NCBI GenBank assembly: GCA_044356455.1
Contig: JBIKWF010000053.1
Location: 1 to 28,295, forward strand
Source: Bdellovibrionota bacterium
Lineage (GTDB): Bacteria > Bdellovibrionota_C > UBA2361 > JBGSMV01
Direction: 5' to 3'
Length of the DNA: 28,295 nucleotides
Below the pieces are notes generated by a model, which saw only the letters and a list, made by a program, of their open reading frames with translations, had not been told where the DNA came from and made no database searches. This document shows positions 1-8,449 of the stretch, piece after piece. Made by a program: the position numbers and the translations under genes. Numbering within the stretch: position 1 is the stretch's first letter; every line of letters begins with the position of its first letter.

Positions 1-805
1 GCCGCTGCTGAGATATGCGAGTGCGATTCTCGCACACGTCCACCAGAGCATATCCAGGCTGTTCCTCTGATAGTAAACTATCATCCCGCAACTCAGGGAA
101 TACAGAGAACTGAACCAGCGTACTCGGTGCACTCGCGTAGAGAACTCCATCTTCCATTGATAACATGGGGTGGTGGACATGCCCCGAAAAGACTCCTTTT
201 ATTACTCCCGGCGCTGCTGCACGCAGCACCTCGTGAAGCTCCGCTCCATTCCACAGAAGCATTTTCTCATCTATCCAAGGGACACCGGAAGGCAGTGTGG
301 GGTAGTGCACAAACAGCGTGAGGGAAGGCACTCCCTGGGAGAGGAGCGTTCGAACAATATCAAGTTGATCCGAGGGAAGCCTGCCTCCGTAATAGGGCGC
401 GGAGGGGACCGCATCTAAAGCGACAAAGGTATGTCCACGAACTTCGAATACGTAGGGCATCCGGCCCTCCCCTACCCGCCGCCAGCATAGTGACGGATCT
501 GGCTCGCGTAGAAGGAGCTTTTCCATCAACATCCGAATCTCATCGGGGCAATCGTGGTTTCCCGGTAATGCGCGGAGAGGGAAGCGCAGCTCACTCAAAA
601 TTTCAAGCGCAGGAGCTGCTGCCCCAATACCTGGGTCCGCAGTTACATCACCGGTGTGGACTACGAAGTCCCCATTCTGCATTGAGTGATTAACCGCGCG
701 AACCGCAGCGCGCGTATACTCATGGGCGTTTCTCCCACGTACCTCGGGGATTAGAGCCGGACTAATATGGGTATCGGTGATATGGGCGAATCTAACATTC
801 GACAT
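1..805 (-). CDS. Calcineurin-like metallophosphoesterase, CpdA/Icc (cyclic-nucleotide phosphodiesterase) type; 3' end runs off the window
   Basis: Absent from the ORF track because there is no stop in the window. Manual translation from ATG at 805: MSNVRFAHITDTHISP...FVVHTGDVTAD...ALPGNHD...VFSGHVHHP...SAPST..QF; the metallophosphoesterase motifs DxH, GD, GNHD and GHxH are present. Confidence 0.88.
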   Translation of the reverse strand, partial: MSNVRFAHITDTHISPALIPEVRGRNAHEYTRAAVRAVNHSMQNGDFVVHTGDVTADPGIGAAAPALEILSELRFPLRALPGNHDCPDEIRMLMEKLLLREPDPSLCWRRVGEGRMPYVFEVRGHTFVALDAVPSAPYYGGRLPSDQLDIVRTLLSQGVPSLTLFVHYPTLPSGVPWIDEKMLLWNGAELHEVLRAAAPGVIKGVFSGHVHHPMLSMEDGVLYASAPSTLVQFSVFPELRDDSLLSEEQPGYALVDVCENRTRISQQR

Positions 806-956
806 GTTCTGAAAACCATTCTGTAAGGGTCAGGCGAGACCCTACGATGGTATCAGGGAGTCAAAGGTGAGTATTCTCATAGCTTCAGACTTGCCAGCAG
901 AAGAGATTTCAGCGCTTGAAGAGGAGACTAAGAGTATTTTAACCTGGATACTATTT

Positions 957-1709
957 TCAACTTCGTTTTCCCGGACTCCCTCCTGCCCAAATATCGTTGA
1001 AGTAATCTCTAAGGTTATCCGTAAACGCTTGAGAGGTAATCATGAAACTCGTTCTTGTTTCATTCCAAGGCACAATAATGGCCTTATTCCCACACACGCT
1101 GATGTTCTGAAGAAGAGGAAAAGTCACAAAGCGAATATTCTTGTGGGGCCACTTGTAGCGTCTAAACATATCCCTACTCGACTCATGCGCAATGCCGCGC
1201 AAGACAAGACCACGCTCGAGACGCACCTCGGTAAACTCACGATAGAAGGAGTACACTTCTTCGACGAAGACAGAATTCTGGGAGGAGAAGCCAAGAAAGA
1301 GGTACTCATCTCCAGGCTTCGCTGCCTCGATTAAACTAAAGCACATATTCTTTAACCCAGTGACGCCCTCATACACTTCAGCTTGAGGAGGAGCAGTCGT
1401 TTCGCGAAGCGCACGAAGTGTGGGAACAAGGTCGTTTAGCTTTTTTCGCTGCTGGTCCGCCATCTCAACAAGACGCGCTGGTTCAACGGCCATATAATGC
1501 TTTGTTTGCCCCCTAAGGATGTACGAAACAAAGCCGCGAGCAACGAGTCGTCCAAGCGTTAAGTGAATCACGGAGTTCGGAGCATTCATGGCCTTAATGA
1601 GAACACCCGCGCGGCAGGGCCCGAGCTTTAGTAAACTTAGGTAGATATCTACTTCGCGCCCCTTGAGGCCAAGCCCTAGGAGTGGGCCTTTATCAATTTT
1701 TGTCGTCAT
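957..1709 (-). CDS. TrmB-family transcriptional regulator (N-terminal winged HTH plus C-terminal effector domain)
   Basis: LGLKGREVDIYLSLLKLG...LGRLVARGFVSY...YMAVEPARL followed by EVYEGVTGLK; typical TrmB architecture, 250 aa. Confidence 0.8.
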   Translation of the reverse strand: MTTKIDKGPLLGLGLKGREVDIYLSLLKLGPCRAGVLIKAMNAPNSVIHLTLGRLVARGFVSYILRGQTKHYMAVEPARLVEMADQQRKKLNDLVPTLRALRETTAPPQAEVYEGVTGLKNMCFSLIEAAKPGDEYLFLGFSSQNSVFVEEVYSFYREFTEVRLERGLVLRGIAHESSRDMFRRYKWPHKNIRFVTFPLLQNISVCGNKAIIVPWNETRTSFMITSQAFTDNLRDYFNDIWAGGSPGKRS

Positions 1710-1738
1710 AGAGATGAATATAACTGAGCTCGGATTAT

Positions 1739-1760
1739 TAGTCTCCTAAAATGGAGACTA
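1739..1760. promoter_or_regulatory. Perfect 8-bp inverted repeat, probable operator of the adjacent TrmB-like regulator
   Basis: TAGTCTCC-taaaat-GGAGACTA in the 117-bp divergent intergenic region, about 30 bp upstream of the regulator start. Confidence 0.6.
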
Positions 1761-1826
1761 GATTTTACATGCTCCGCGCCAACCGCTACAAAGCCATGAC
1801 ACGTCTACCCGATTGAGAGATTCCCC

Positions 1827-2879
1827 ATGTATTCGAGCATACGAAAAGCCTTTCTTTACGTGGCTTTCGCCCCTCTGCTACTTCTCACTACCAGCACCGC
1901 GACCCACTCCGACTCGCGTCCCCCTTCTCTTGGCTTGCTGCTCCCCCTTTCGGGCGCGCTCGCTGAATGGGGAAACGCCATGCGCATGGGGGTTGAAATG
2001 GCGGTGACTGAAAGCGGATCTGGCGTGCGCCTTTTGGTCGAAGACACTCAGTTTCAGCCAAGCGTCGCGCTCTCTGCCTGCGAGAAAATGATTCAGAGCG
2101 AAAAACCGGACGCGCTTATCGTGTTTGGATCAGGAGTCTCACTCGCGATTGCCCCGCGAGCTGAGCGCGAGCTTATTCCGATGATTTCACTGGCAACTTC
2201 CGACGACATTCAAAAAGGCAAGAAGTATGTCTTTCGCCTCATGATGTCAGGGGACGCAGCGACCAATACACTCCTGCCGGAAGTTCAGCGCAGAAACCTC
2301 TCGCGAATCGCAGCAGTTTCGACAACTCAAGACGGCATGCTTGCCTACCAGCGTAGTTTCGTCTCGGCTGCGGGCGACAGCGTCATATACACCACCGATG
2401 TTGCTCCAACCGAGAGGGACTTTAATTCTCTTATCGCAAAAATCCTCTCCCTTAAAGTTGACGGGATCTACAGCACGCTGCTTCCGCCGCAAGGCTCTCT
2501 CTTCGCGAATCAAGCTAGAAAACTAGGATTCAAGGGACAACTATTTTCAGCAAATCAAGTTGAACTTGCCTCCGAGATTGCAGCAGGAGGAGCTGCCTTT
2601 GAAGGACTTTTTTTCGCTGCAGACGGTGACTCATCTAGAGAGAAATTTGAGGCTCGGTTCCTGGCGCACCACAAAGTACCCGCAGACAATATGGCCGGGC
2701 TTGCCTTCGATGCAGTTCAAATCCTGTTGCGTGCGCTAGAAACGGAAGATGCCGCAGCATCAATTGCATCAATAAAGGACTTCAGTGGGGTGCTTGGAGT
2801 CTATCAGGCACGTCCGGATCACACCTTCAGCATTCCCTCTCATATACGAACCATCCACAAAGGGAAGGCTCTACGTTAG
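1827..2879 (+). CDS. Branched-chain amino-acid ABC transporter substrate-binding protein (LivJ/LivK-like)
   Basis: Signal peptide, LGLLLPLSGALAEWG, LLVEDTQFQP, YVFRL, DFNSLIAKI, AFDAVQIL, FSGVLG. No permease or ATPase adjacent. Confidence 0.85.
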   Translation: MYSSIRKAFLYVAFAPLLLLTTSTATHSDSRPPSLGLLLPLSGALAEWGNAMRMGVEMAVTESGSGVRLLVEDTQFQPSVALSACEKMIQSEKPDALIVFGSGVSLAIAPRAERELIPMISLATSDDIQKGKKYVFRLMMSGDAATNTLLPEVQRRNLSRIAAVSTTQDGMLAYQRSFVSAAGDSVIYTTDVAPTERDFNSLIAKILSLKVDGIYSTLLPPQGSLFANQARKLGFKGQLFSANQVELASEIAAGGAAFEGLFFAADGDSSREKFEARFLAHHKVPADNMAGLAFDAVQILLRALETEDAAASIASIKDFSGVLGVYQARPDHTFSIPSHIRTIHKGKALR

Positions 2880-3745
2880 AAATCAATCTTCAGGCCCACA
2901 AAGAAATACATACCATCACTGGCCTCAAGGCCGGGGCCCTCAAACGAGCCTCCGTTTATCCCCTCGGTATAGCGAAGCCCGCCAAAGTATGTCGGCCCTC
3001 CCTTTTGCGGCTGCCAATTTAGTGTTCCCCCAAGGGTATAAGAGAACGGGCCTTCTCCCTTGAAGAAGTTTCCAGCTTCGATGACGTGGAAATAGTGCGC
3101 AGAGGCCTCAACACTCAGCGTTTCGTTTAGCGCAAAGTTCTTTGTCACGCCAATATCGAGATAGGTATAACGCGCCTCATCCACATCAACGAAAAGATTG
3201 GCACTTAAAGGGATAGCGACGTCAGTAAGGCTAAGTCCTGCGGCAAGCTCATGCGTGTCTTTAATTTGATCAGAGGCGACTGGGAATAAAAAATTATTCG
3301 CGGCCGCGTTGATAGCTAAATGCTGCGAGAGTTGAAAGCTGTAAGAAAGGTTTAAGTCAACCTCGGTGAAATCTCCAGGCTGATTATTTAGGGAAGCGTG
3401 ATTCCACGCCGTCAGACTAAAATTACCTTCCTCAGTCGAAAGTGTCGCCGTCAAAGAGGTTTGTATTCCTGGGGCGTCATAGAGAACAATACCACTCGAA
3501 GTGCGGTACTGTGAGACCACTTGGCTACTCGCATTAAAGCTTAGCTTGGCACCGGAAGTGTCGAGCTCTAAGGCCCCCTTAGGCTCACTCTTGTCGGCGT
3601 AAGCAGTGGCCGGTCGCTCTGGAATGGTAAGCGCCGAAAGAGACTGCTTACTTTCTGGGCCATCATCTTTGGGGCTCAGCTGCCCTCCAAATGCAGAGCC
3701 CGCCAAGGCCGTCCACGCACCAATCGTTCGAAAGGTGGAGTTCAT
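2876..3745 (-). CDS. Predicted outer-membrane beta-barrel protein (putative porin, TorF/TIGR02001-like)
   Basis: N-terminal signal, alternating amphipathic strands (SQYRTSSG, TEVDLNLSYSF), C-terminal beta-signal YFFVGLKIDF ending in Phe. Confidence 0.6.
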   Translation of the reverse strand: MNSTFRTIGAWTALAGSAFGGQLSPKDDGPESKQSLSALTIPERPATAYADKSEPKGALELDTSGAKLSFNASSQVVSQYRTSSGIVLYDAPGIQTSLTATLSTEEGNFSLTAWNHASLNNQPGDFTEVDLNLSYSFQLSQHLAINAAANNFLFPVASDQIKDTHELAAGLSLTDVAIPLSANLFVDVDEARYTYLDIGVTKNFALNETLSVEASAHYFHVIEAGNFFKGEGPFSYTLGGTLNWQPQKGGPTYFGGLRYTEGINGGSFEGPGLEASDGMYFFVGLKIDF

Positions 3746-3940
3746 AACTGCAAACTCCTCGTTACTACATGACGGCCCAAATGCCGCTGTTGGGGGAGTT
3801 ATAGCGATGGATTGCCAAGGTGAGAGGTCCGGCCCATGCGGGGAAGGCGGACGTCAGCATGGCTCATTGAAATCAACTTGAGAGTTCAGGGCCTTAGGCC
3901 GATAAAGCAGCCAGAACAAAAATACGAGGATTAAGGCGCT

Positions 3941-4660
3941 ATGCTCGTGGATTTCATACTTGGGACACCCGGGGCTCTGTTGATGGTAGCATCTGGGGTT
4001 TTAGGCCTATTGGCCTTGGGAATAACCTTCATTGTTGTCTTGATTACCCTCCTTTCCGGAAATCCGCGAAAGGCTGCGGGCTGGTACCTCAAGGTCGTCG
4101 CTGGGGGAATGTCTCCTCTAGCGGTGGCCATATTCGTATTTATTCTCCGAGCCAGCCTTGCTTCCTCGTCATCCGTCCACAATGAAACAGGAGTCAGCCC
4201 TGAGCCTGCTCAGACAGCCCTTCCCACGATTGCCATCCAAGAAGAAGCACCTCGTGCAGCGCGCGTGCCCATTTCAGAATTCACCAGGGTAGCCAAGGAG
4301 TTCTTATCACTGATTTCGACTTACACTCCGGAGACCGCCAAGCAGAATTTTGACAGGGCAAGCCAACTTATCGATCCACCGAATCGTGATCTAGTAGCCA
4401 AAGAACTTTCGATTGAACTTTCTGTAATTGAAGCTACTCAGAGGTCAAAGCAATTTACCTGGATCGATCACGGGATTGAGGTCCGTGGATACGACGGGAG
4501 TAAGGCTGAGATCCTCTTCCCTGGCATCGAGCAAAAGAGTGTCGGATTCCAAGAACTTCCTCCTGAACCGCGAAACTATATCTTGAGACTTTTGGCCACG
4601 ACACCGGAAGCGAGAATTAGTGTTACCAGTTGGCGCTCTGAGGAACTAGGGAACCACTGA
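3941..4660 (+). CDS. Membrane protein (two TM segments) with a VirB8/TraE-like periplasmic domain
   Basis: Two N-terminal hydrophobic segments, a Pro-rich linker, then AKEFLSLISTYTPETAKQNFDRASQLIDP...IEATQRSKQF, resembling the NTF2-like VirB8/TraE fold (by eye). Confidence 0.45.
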   Translation: MLVDFILGTPGALLMVASGVLGLLALGITFIVVLITLLSGNPRKAAGWYLKVVAGGMSPLAVAIFVFILRASLASSSSVHNETGVSPEPAQTALPTIAIQEEAPRAARVPISEFTRVAKEFLSLISTYTPETAKQNFDRASQLIDPPNRDLVAKELSIELSVIEATQRSKQFTWIDHGIEVRGYDGSKAEILFPGIEQKSVGFQELPPEPRNYILRLLATTPEARISVTSWRSEELGNH

Positions 4661-4779
4661 AAAACCTCCAGTCTTAATATACCTCTGTGTACCTCCGTGG
4701 CCTCTGTGGTGAATTGCTTGATGAAAATTTTATCACAGAGGACGCAGAGGCACACAGAGGTAAGCTCTTCAGAGATTCT
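4650..4779. mobile_element. MITE copy A (IS5-like ends)
   Basis: GGAACCACTGAAAAA ... CTCTTCAGAGATTCT, flanked by a CTAG direct repeat (4646-4649, 4780-4783); internal palindromic arms CCTCTGTG.../...CACAGAGG. Confidence 0.75.
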
Positions 4780-4888
4780 CTAGGTCGTTACCGCACAGAT
4801 CTTGTTGTTAGGTCCTGGCTGATTTTAATGTCGCGCAGTTGCTAAAAGTTTGGATCTTCTGCGCACTCCCTTGAATTGCTAATCTCGC

Positions 4889-5539
4889 ATGATGGATCCA
4901 GGTATCATCGCAGCTTGTGTTTTCGGGACCGCCGCGCTCGCGGCGTTTATCCTCGCATATCATTTTGAGAACAAGCGAAAAGAAGCGATTAAAGCCTCTG
5001 CTCGGATTATTGGGTTTCGCTACTCAGATTGGGACGTAGCTGACTTTACTGCGGATTTGCAATCCATACCCCTAAGACAACAAGGCAGGTCCAACACAAT
5101 CTCGCTTTCTCTTGTGGGAAGGTATCAAGGACGCGAAACAGCGTTGTTTGAATTAAGCTATGTGACTGGTAGCGGAAAGAGACGGACCACTCACCGCTAC
5201 CTATGTTGCGCAGTAAAAGTCGGTCGCAATTTTCCTAAGTTCAAGCTGCGACCGGAAGGCTGGCTTGATGCGATTGGAGAGAAGCTCGGGTTCGATGACA
5301 TAGATATTAGCTCCGATCCTGAATTTTCAAAGCAATTTCATTTATCCGGCAGAGAAGCAGCTTCGCTTATACAAGCCTTCACGCCCACAATCCGTAGAAA
5401 ACTTCTTGAGTTGGGAAAAGTTGAAATTGAGGCATCCGGTGAGATGGTTGTGTATTATCGAAAGTCTCAGAAAATTGATCCCAAGAATTTGTCCGCAATT
5501 TTAGAGAGCTATTCACAAGTGCTGCGGATTTTTTTCTGA
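4889..5539 (+). CDS. Conserved hypothetical single-pass membrane protein
   Basis: One N-terminal TM segment; FKLRPEG...LGFDDIDISSDPEFSKQFHL resembles a widespread uncharacterised family; 216 aa. Confidence 0.7.
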   Translation: MMDPGIIAACVFGTAALAAFILAYHFENKRKEAIKASARIIGFRYSDWDVADFTADLQSIPLRQQGRSNTISLSLVGRYQGRETALFELSYVTGSGKRRTTHRYLCCAVKVGRNFPKFKLRPEGWLDAIGEKLGFDDIDISSDPEFSKQFHLSGREAASLIQAFTPTIRRKLLELGKVEIEASGEMVVYYRKSQKIDPKNLSAILESYSQVLRIFF

Positions 5540-5679
5540 GGAACCTCTGAAAAAGTCCTCCTTCGTGGTCTTTGTGGTCTTAGTGGTGCAGACGGGAAAT
5601 GGTAACTACTTGAATGCAAGCGCTCACCACGAAGACCACTAAGACCACAAAGTTGAGATGTAGGGTTTTCAGAGGCTCC
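5540..5679. mobile_element. MITE copy B
   Basis: GGAACCTCTGAAAAA ... TTTTCAGAGGCTCC, flanks CTGA/CTAA; internal 9-bp-periodic inverted arms GTGGTCTTT GTGGTCTTA GTGGT and ACCACGAAG ACCACTAAG ACCACAAAG. Confidence 0.8.
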
Positions 5680-5684
5680 CTAAC

Positions 5685-6605
5685 TTAGCTGCTTCTAATG
5701 ATCGTTGCCGAGCTCTCCACCTTCCCCGCACCATCCGACCAGGTAGCCACCCACGAGAATCGTCCATGAGAACTCTCTAGCAAGAGAAAGAGTGGATCTC
5801 CTGTTTTTTCATCAAACCACCGAGCTACTTTCTCGATATGCATAATCTCAATGAGCTGGGGATCTACTCTTTCAGGGCGCTCGCTATATACTCCCGCACT
5901 GGCATTGGTCCCCCACTCTGCTTGTCGAATGGTGTAAATTGTGCGAGCGATATCTCGCTTGAGATAATGCGCAAGGAGGGGCGTACGGAACTCTTCGATC
6001 GGCTTTGGATGGTGCCTCTTAAGAGCATTTACCTCACCGGCGAAGTATTCGAGCGATGGAAGGAGTGAAAACTCAAAAGGCGCTTCGCTTTTCGGATCTA
6101 CCTCGCGTACTAGAGTTGCGATAGGTAAACCGCCTCCTACCAACTGGAGCTTAGCATCAAGAAGCAAGAGTGATTTGCCATCGGGATTTCGAATCTCCGC
6201 AATAAAGCTTTCACGCGCTTCTTCTCCCGGGGCTGCGATGCTTCGAAAGTGTGTCGCAGCAACTGCCCCAACAACCGCTTCTGCACTTTGCGGGGTAGCC
6301 TCACGAGCATACGACGAGAATGCCGCGATAAGCGCTCGCCGCGAGCGGCGCTTTGCAGCCGAAACACCGCTAAGCGACTCTGGCTCTTCTCTCAATTCAA
6401 ACGCACGTTGCCGGACAACACTAGTCCTCGAAGTAAGCGGCGTCGCAAGCTGCGCCTCAGCCAATGCGACGGTATAGCTGTGTAGGAATGATTCAAATGG
6501 TGGAATTCTCGGAAGTGTCAGTGATTCCCCAGCATCTTTGGGGCTGAGATCGGGGGTCCTTCCTTTTTCTGGCTCACTCGGCTCGAATGATTGATGACTA
6601 CTCAT
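5685..6605 (-). CDS. Hypothetical protein
   Basis: 306-aa ORF filling the space between two MITE copies; no motif recognised. Confidence 0.6.
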   Translation of the reverse strand: MSSHQSFEPSEPEKGRTPDLSPKDAGESLTLPRIPPFESFLHSYTVALAEAQLATPLTSRTSVVRQRAFELREEPESLSGVSAAKRRSRRALIAAFSSYAREATPQSAEAVVGAVAATHFRSIAAPGEEARESFIAEIRNPDGKSLLLLDAKLQLVGGGLPIATLVREVDPKSEAPFEFSLLPSLEYFAGEVNALKRHHPKPIEEFRTPLLAHYLKRDIARTIYTIRQAEWGTNASAGVYSERPERVDPQLIEIMHIEKVARWFDEKTGDPLFLLLESSHGRFSWVATWSDGAGKVESSATIIRSS

Positions 6606-6752
6606 GACACGCCCTTCATGCAGAAATTCTCCAGCGACAAAACTGCATCGCGAAGAACCGCTTACAGGGGTGTAACGCTGGCGCGAGATCTAGTCAGCTG
6701 AGGGGTTCAGAACTGTCCTCAGAGAGGCTTACCGTGAAGTGGGGCATTTTAG

Positions 6753-6882
6753 GGAACCTCTGAGAAAATCTGATCTCTGAACTCGGGGCTCTGGATGGTT
6801 GATTTAAATCGTTTAAAAAACCACTGAGGACACAGAAATCACAGAGAGAAGAAATAGAATATCGCGATTTTTCGGAGGTTCC
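6753..6882. mobile_element. MITE copy C
   Basis: GGAACCTCTGAGAAA ... TTTTTCGGAGGTTCC, perfect TTAG duplication (6749-6752, 6883-6886). Confidence 0.8.
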
Positions 6883-6915
6883 TTAGTAAGTGCGCGGCAA
6901 GATGAAAGTAGACAC

Positions 6916-6949
6916 AAAAAAAGGCGGCCTACTATGATAGTAGACCGCC
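6916..6949 (-). terminator. Rho-independent terminator of nrdAB
   Basis: Minus strand GGCGGTCTACTA-TCA-TAGTAGGCCGCC followed by T7, about 40 bp after the nrdB stop. Confidence 0.85.
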
Positions 6950-6990
6950 ACATTCGACCAAGAGGTACGGTAGTTACTGAATTTCTTAGC

Positions 6991-8100
6991 CTACCACTGC
7001 AGAGCTCCGGCCGTTTGATACTCCGTAACTCTGGTCTCAAAGAAGTTTTTCTCCTTACCCAAATCGATGGTTTCGCTCATCCATGGGAAAGGATTCTTGG
7101 CGTTATACTTCGCTTTAAGCCCAATGCGCTCACGACGCCTGTCAGCAATATGGTGCACGTACTCATCAAACATCTGGTGAGTAAGTCCCATAATGCCACG
7201 TGGCAAGCAGTCTTTAGCGTACTGAATCTCGAGCTCAACTGCCTGATCAATCTTATCAGATATCTTCTGCTGGAACTCAGGCGTCCAGAGCTCTGGGGAC
7301 TCAGCTTTGATGCCATTGATAAGATCGATACCAAAGTTCAAGTGGATGGTTTCATCCCTTAGAATGTATTGGAACTGCTCTCCAATACCAGTCATTTTAT
7401 TCTGACGGTGGAAAGAGAGGATCATCACGAATCCACTATAGAAGAAGATCCCTTCCATGATCACATAGTAGCCAATCATGTTCTCAAGAAACCGCTGTGC
7501 TCCTTCCGGTGTTGCCGTGGAGAAATCTCCTCGCATGACATCAGCCGTGAGTTCCATCTCAAACTTGTCTTTGTTTCGAATGGAATTTACCTCATTATAC
7601 ATGTTGAACACCGCCCCTTGATCGAGGGACAAGGACTCCACAATGTAATGGAAGGTATGCGTGTGCACGGCTTCCTCGAAGGCTTGGCGCAGCAAATACT
7701 GGCGGCACTCAGGATTCGTCACATGCTTAAAGATGGCAAGTACGATGTTGTTACCTACCAGGCTCTCCGCGGTGCTGAAAAAGCCAAGGTTGCGCATGAT
7801 GACGTGGCGCTCGTCCGTGGTGAGCTGGTTTGATTTCCAGAGCTCAATGTCTTTGGCCATCGGAACTTCAGTGGGAAGCCAGTTGTTGTTGCAACCGTTG
7901 AGATAGTGCTCCCATGCCCACTTGTACTTGAGAGGCATAAGCTGGTTCACGTCAACCGCGTTGCAGTTGATGAGGCGTTTTTCACTGGCCTTAAATCGGC
8001 GTCCCACAGGCTGACCGGCGGAATCTGCCGCCATGGTCAAAATGGAAGAAGTCGTGGCTTCCGAATTCCCGTCATTATCATCAAAACTAAGAGTCGACAT
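6991..8100 (-). CDS. nrdB: Ribonucleotide reductase beta subunit, class Ic (R2c, Mn/Fe) type
   Basis: Ferritin-like ligands AESL, EEAVH, MEGIFF, DETIH; Phe at the radical-Tyr position (EEAVHTHTF); C-terminal [11 protein letters not shown]. Confidence 0.95.
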   Translation of the reverse strand: MSTLSFDDNDGNSEATTSSILTMAADSAGQPVGRRFKASEKRLINCNAVDVNQLMPLKYKWAWEHYLNGCNNNWLPTEVPMAKDIELWKSNQLTTDERHVIMRNLGFFSTAESLVGNNIVLAIFKHVTNPECRQYLLRQAFEEAVHTHTFHYIVESLSLDQGAVFNMYNEVNSIRNKDKFEMELTADVMRGDFSTATPEGAQRFLENMIGYYVIMEGIFFYSGFVMILSFHRQNKMTGIGEQFQYILRDETIHLNFGIDLINGIKAESPELWTPEFQQKISDKIDQAVELEIQYAKDCLPRGIMGLTHQMFDEYVHHIADRRRERIGLKAKYNAKNPFPWMSETIDLGKEKNFFETRVTEYQTAGALQW

Positions 8101-8242
8101 ATGTGTTCTCCTTACGATTCCCTGAAGTGAAGCTTAACTTTAAAAATTCTTCACTGCATAAAACATTTAAAGCATCCCTGCTCACGTCACCCTGAGGTGT
8201 CGATTGCTTACTTCGACGCTCAGAGCCTAGATTCCTTACTAA

Positions 8243-8352
8243 GGAGCCTCTGAAAAAGTCCCCTCTGTGAACTCTGTGGTTGATTGAAATTGTTGAAAAA
8301 CCACAGAGGACACAGAGAGAAAAATAAAATATCGGGGGTTTTCAGAGGTTCC
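8243..8352. mobile_element. MITE copy D, between nrdA and nrdB
   Basis: GGAGCCTCTGAAAAA ... GTTTTCAGAGGTTCC, perfect CTAA duplication (8239-8242, 8353-8356); arms CTCTGTGAACTCTGTGG and CCACAGAGGACACAGAG. Confidence 0.85.
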
Positions 8353-8377
8353 CTAACTTACCTCACCCCTCAAGAGC

Positions 8378-8443
8378 TCTTCTTCCGCAACCTCAACGTT
8401 CTTAGTGGTAATGCCCGAAGAACAAAGAGATCGCGGAAGGAGA
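8378..8443 (-). other. Long imperfect hairpin immediately after the nrdA stop (mRNA stability or processing element?)
   Basis: TCTTCTTCCGC pairs with GCGGAAGGAGA; inner GTTCTT/AAGAAC; no U-tract. Confidence 0.4.
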
Positions 8444-8449
8444 TACGCC

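Noticed and set aside
127..693. Three short plus-strand ORFs
   Set aside because: Antisense to the metallophosphoesterase on the minus strand.
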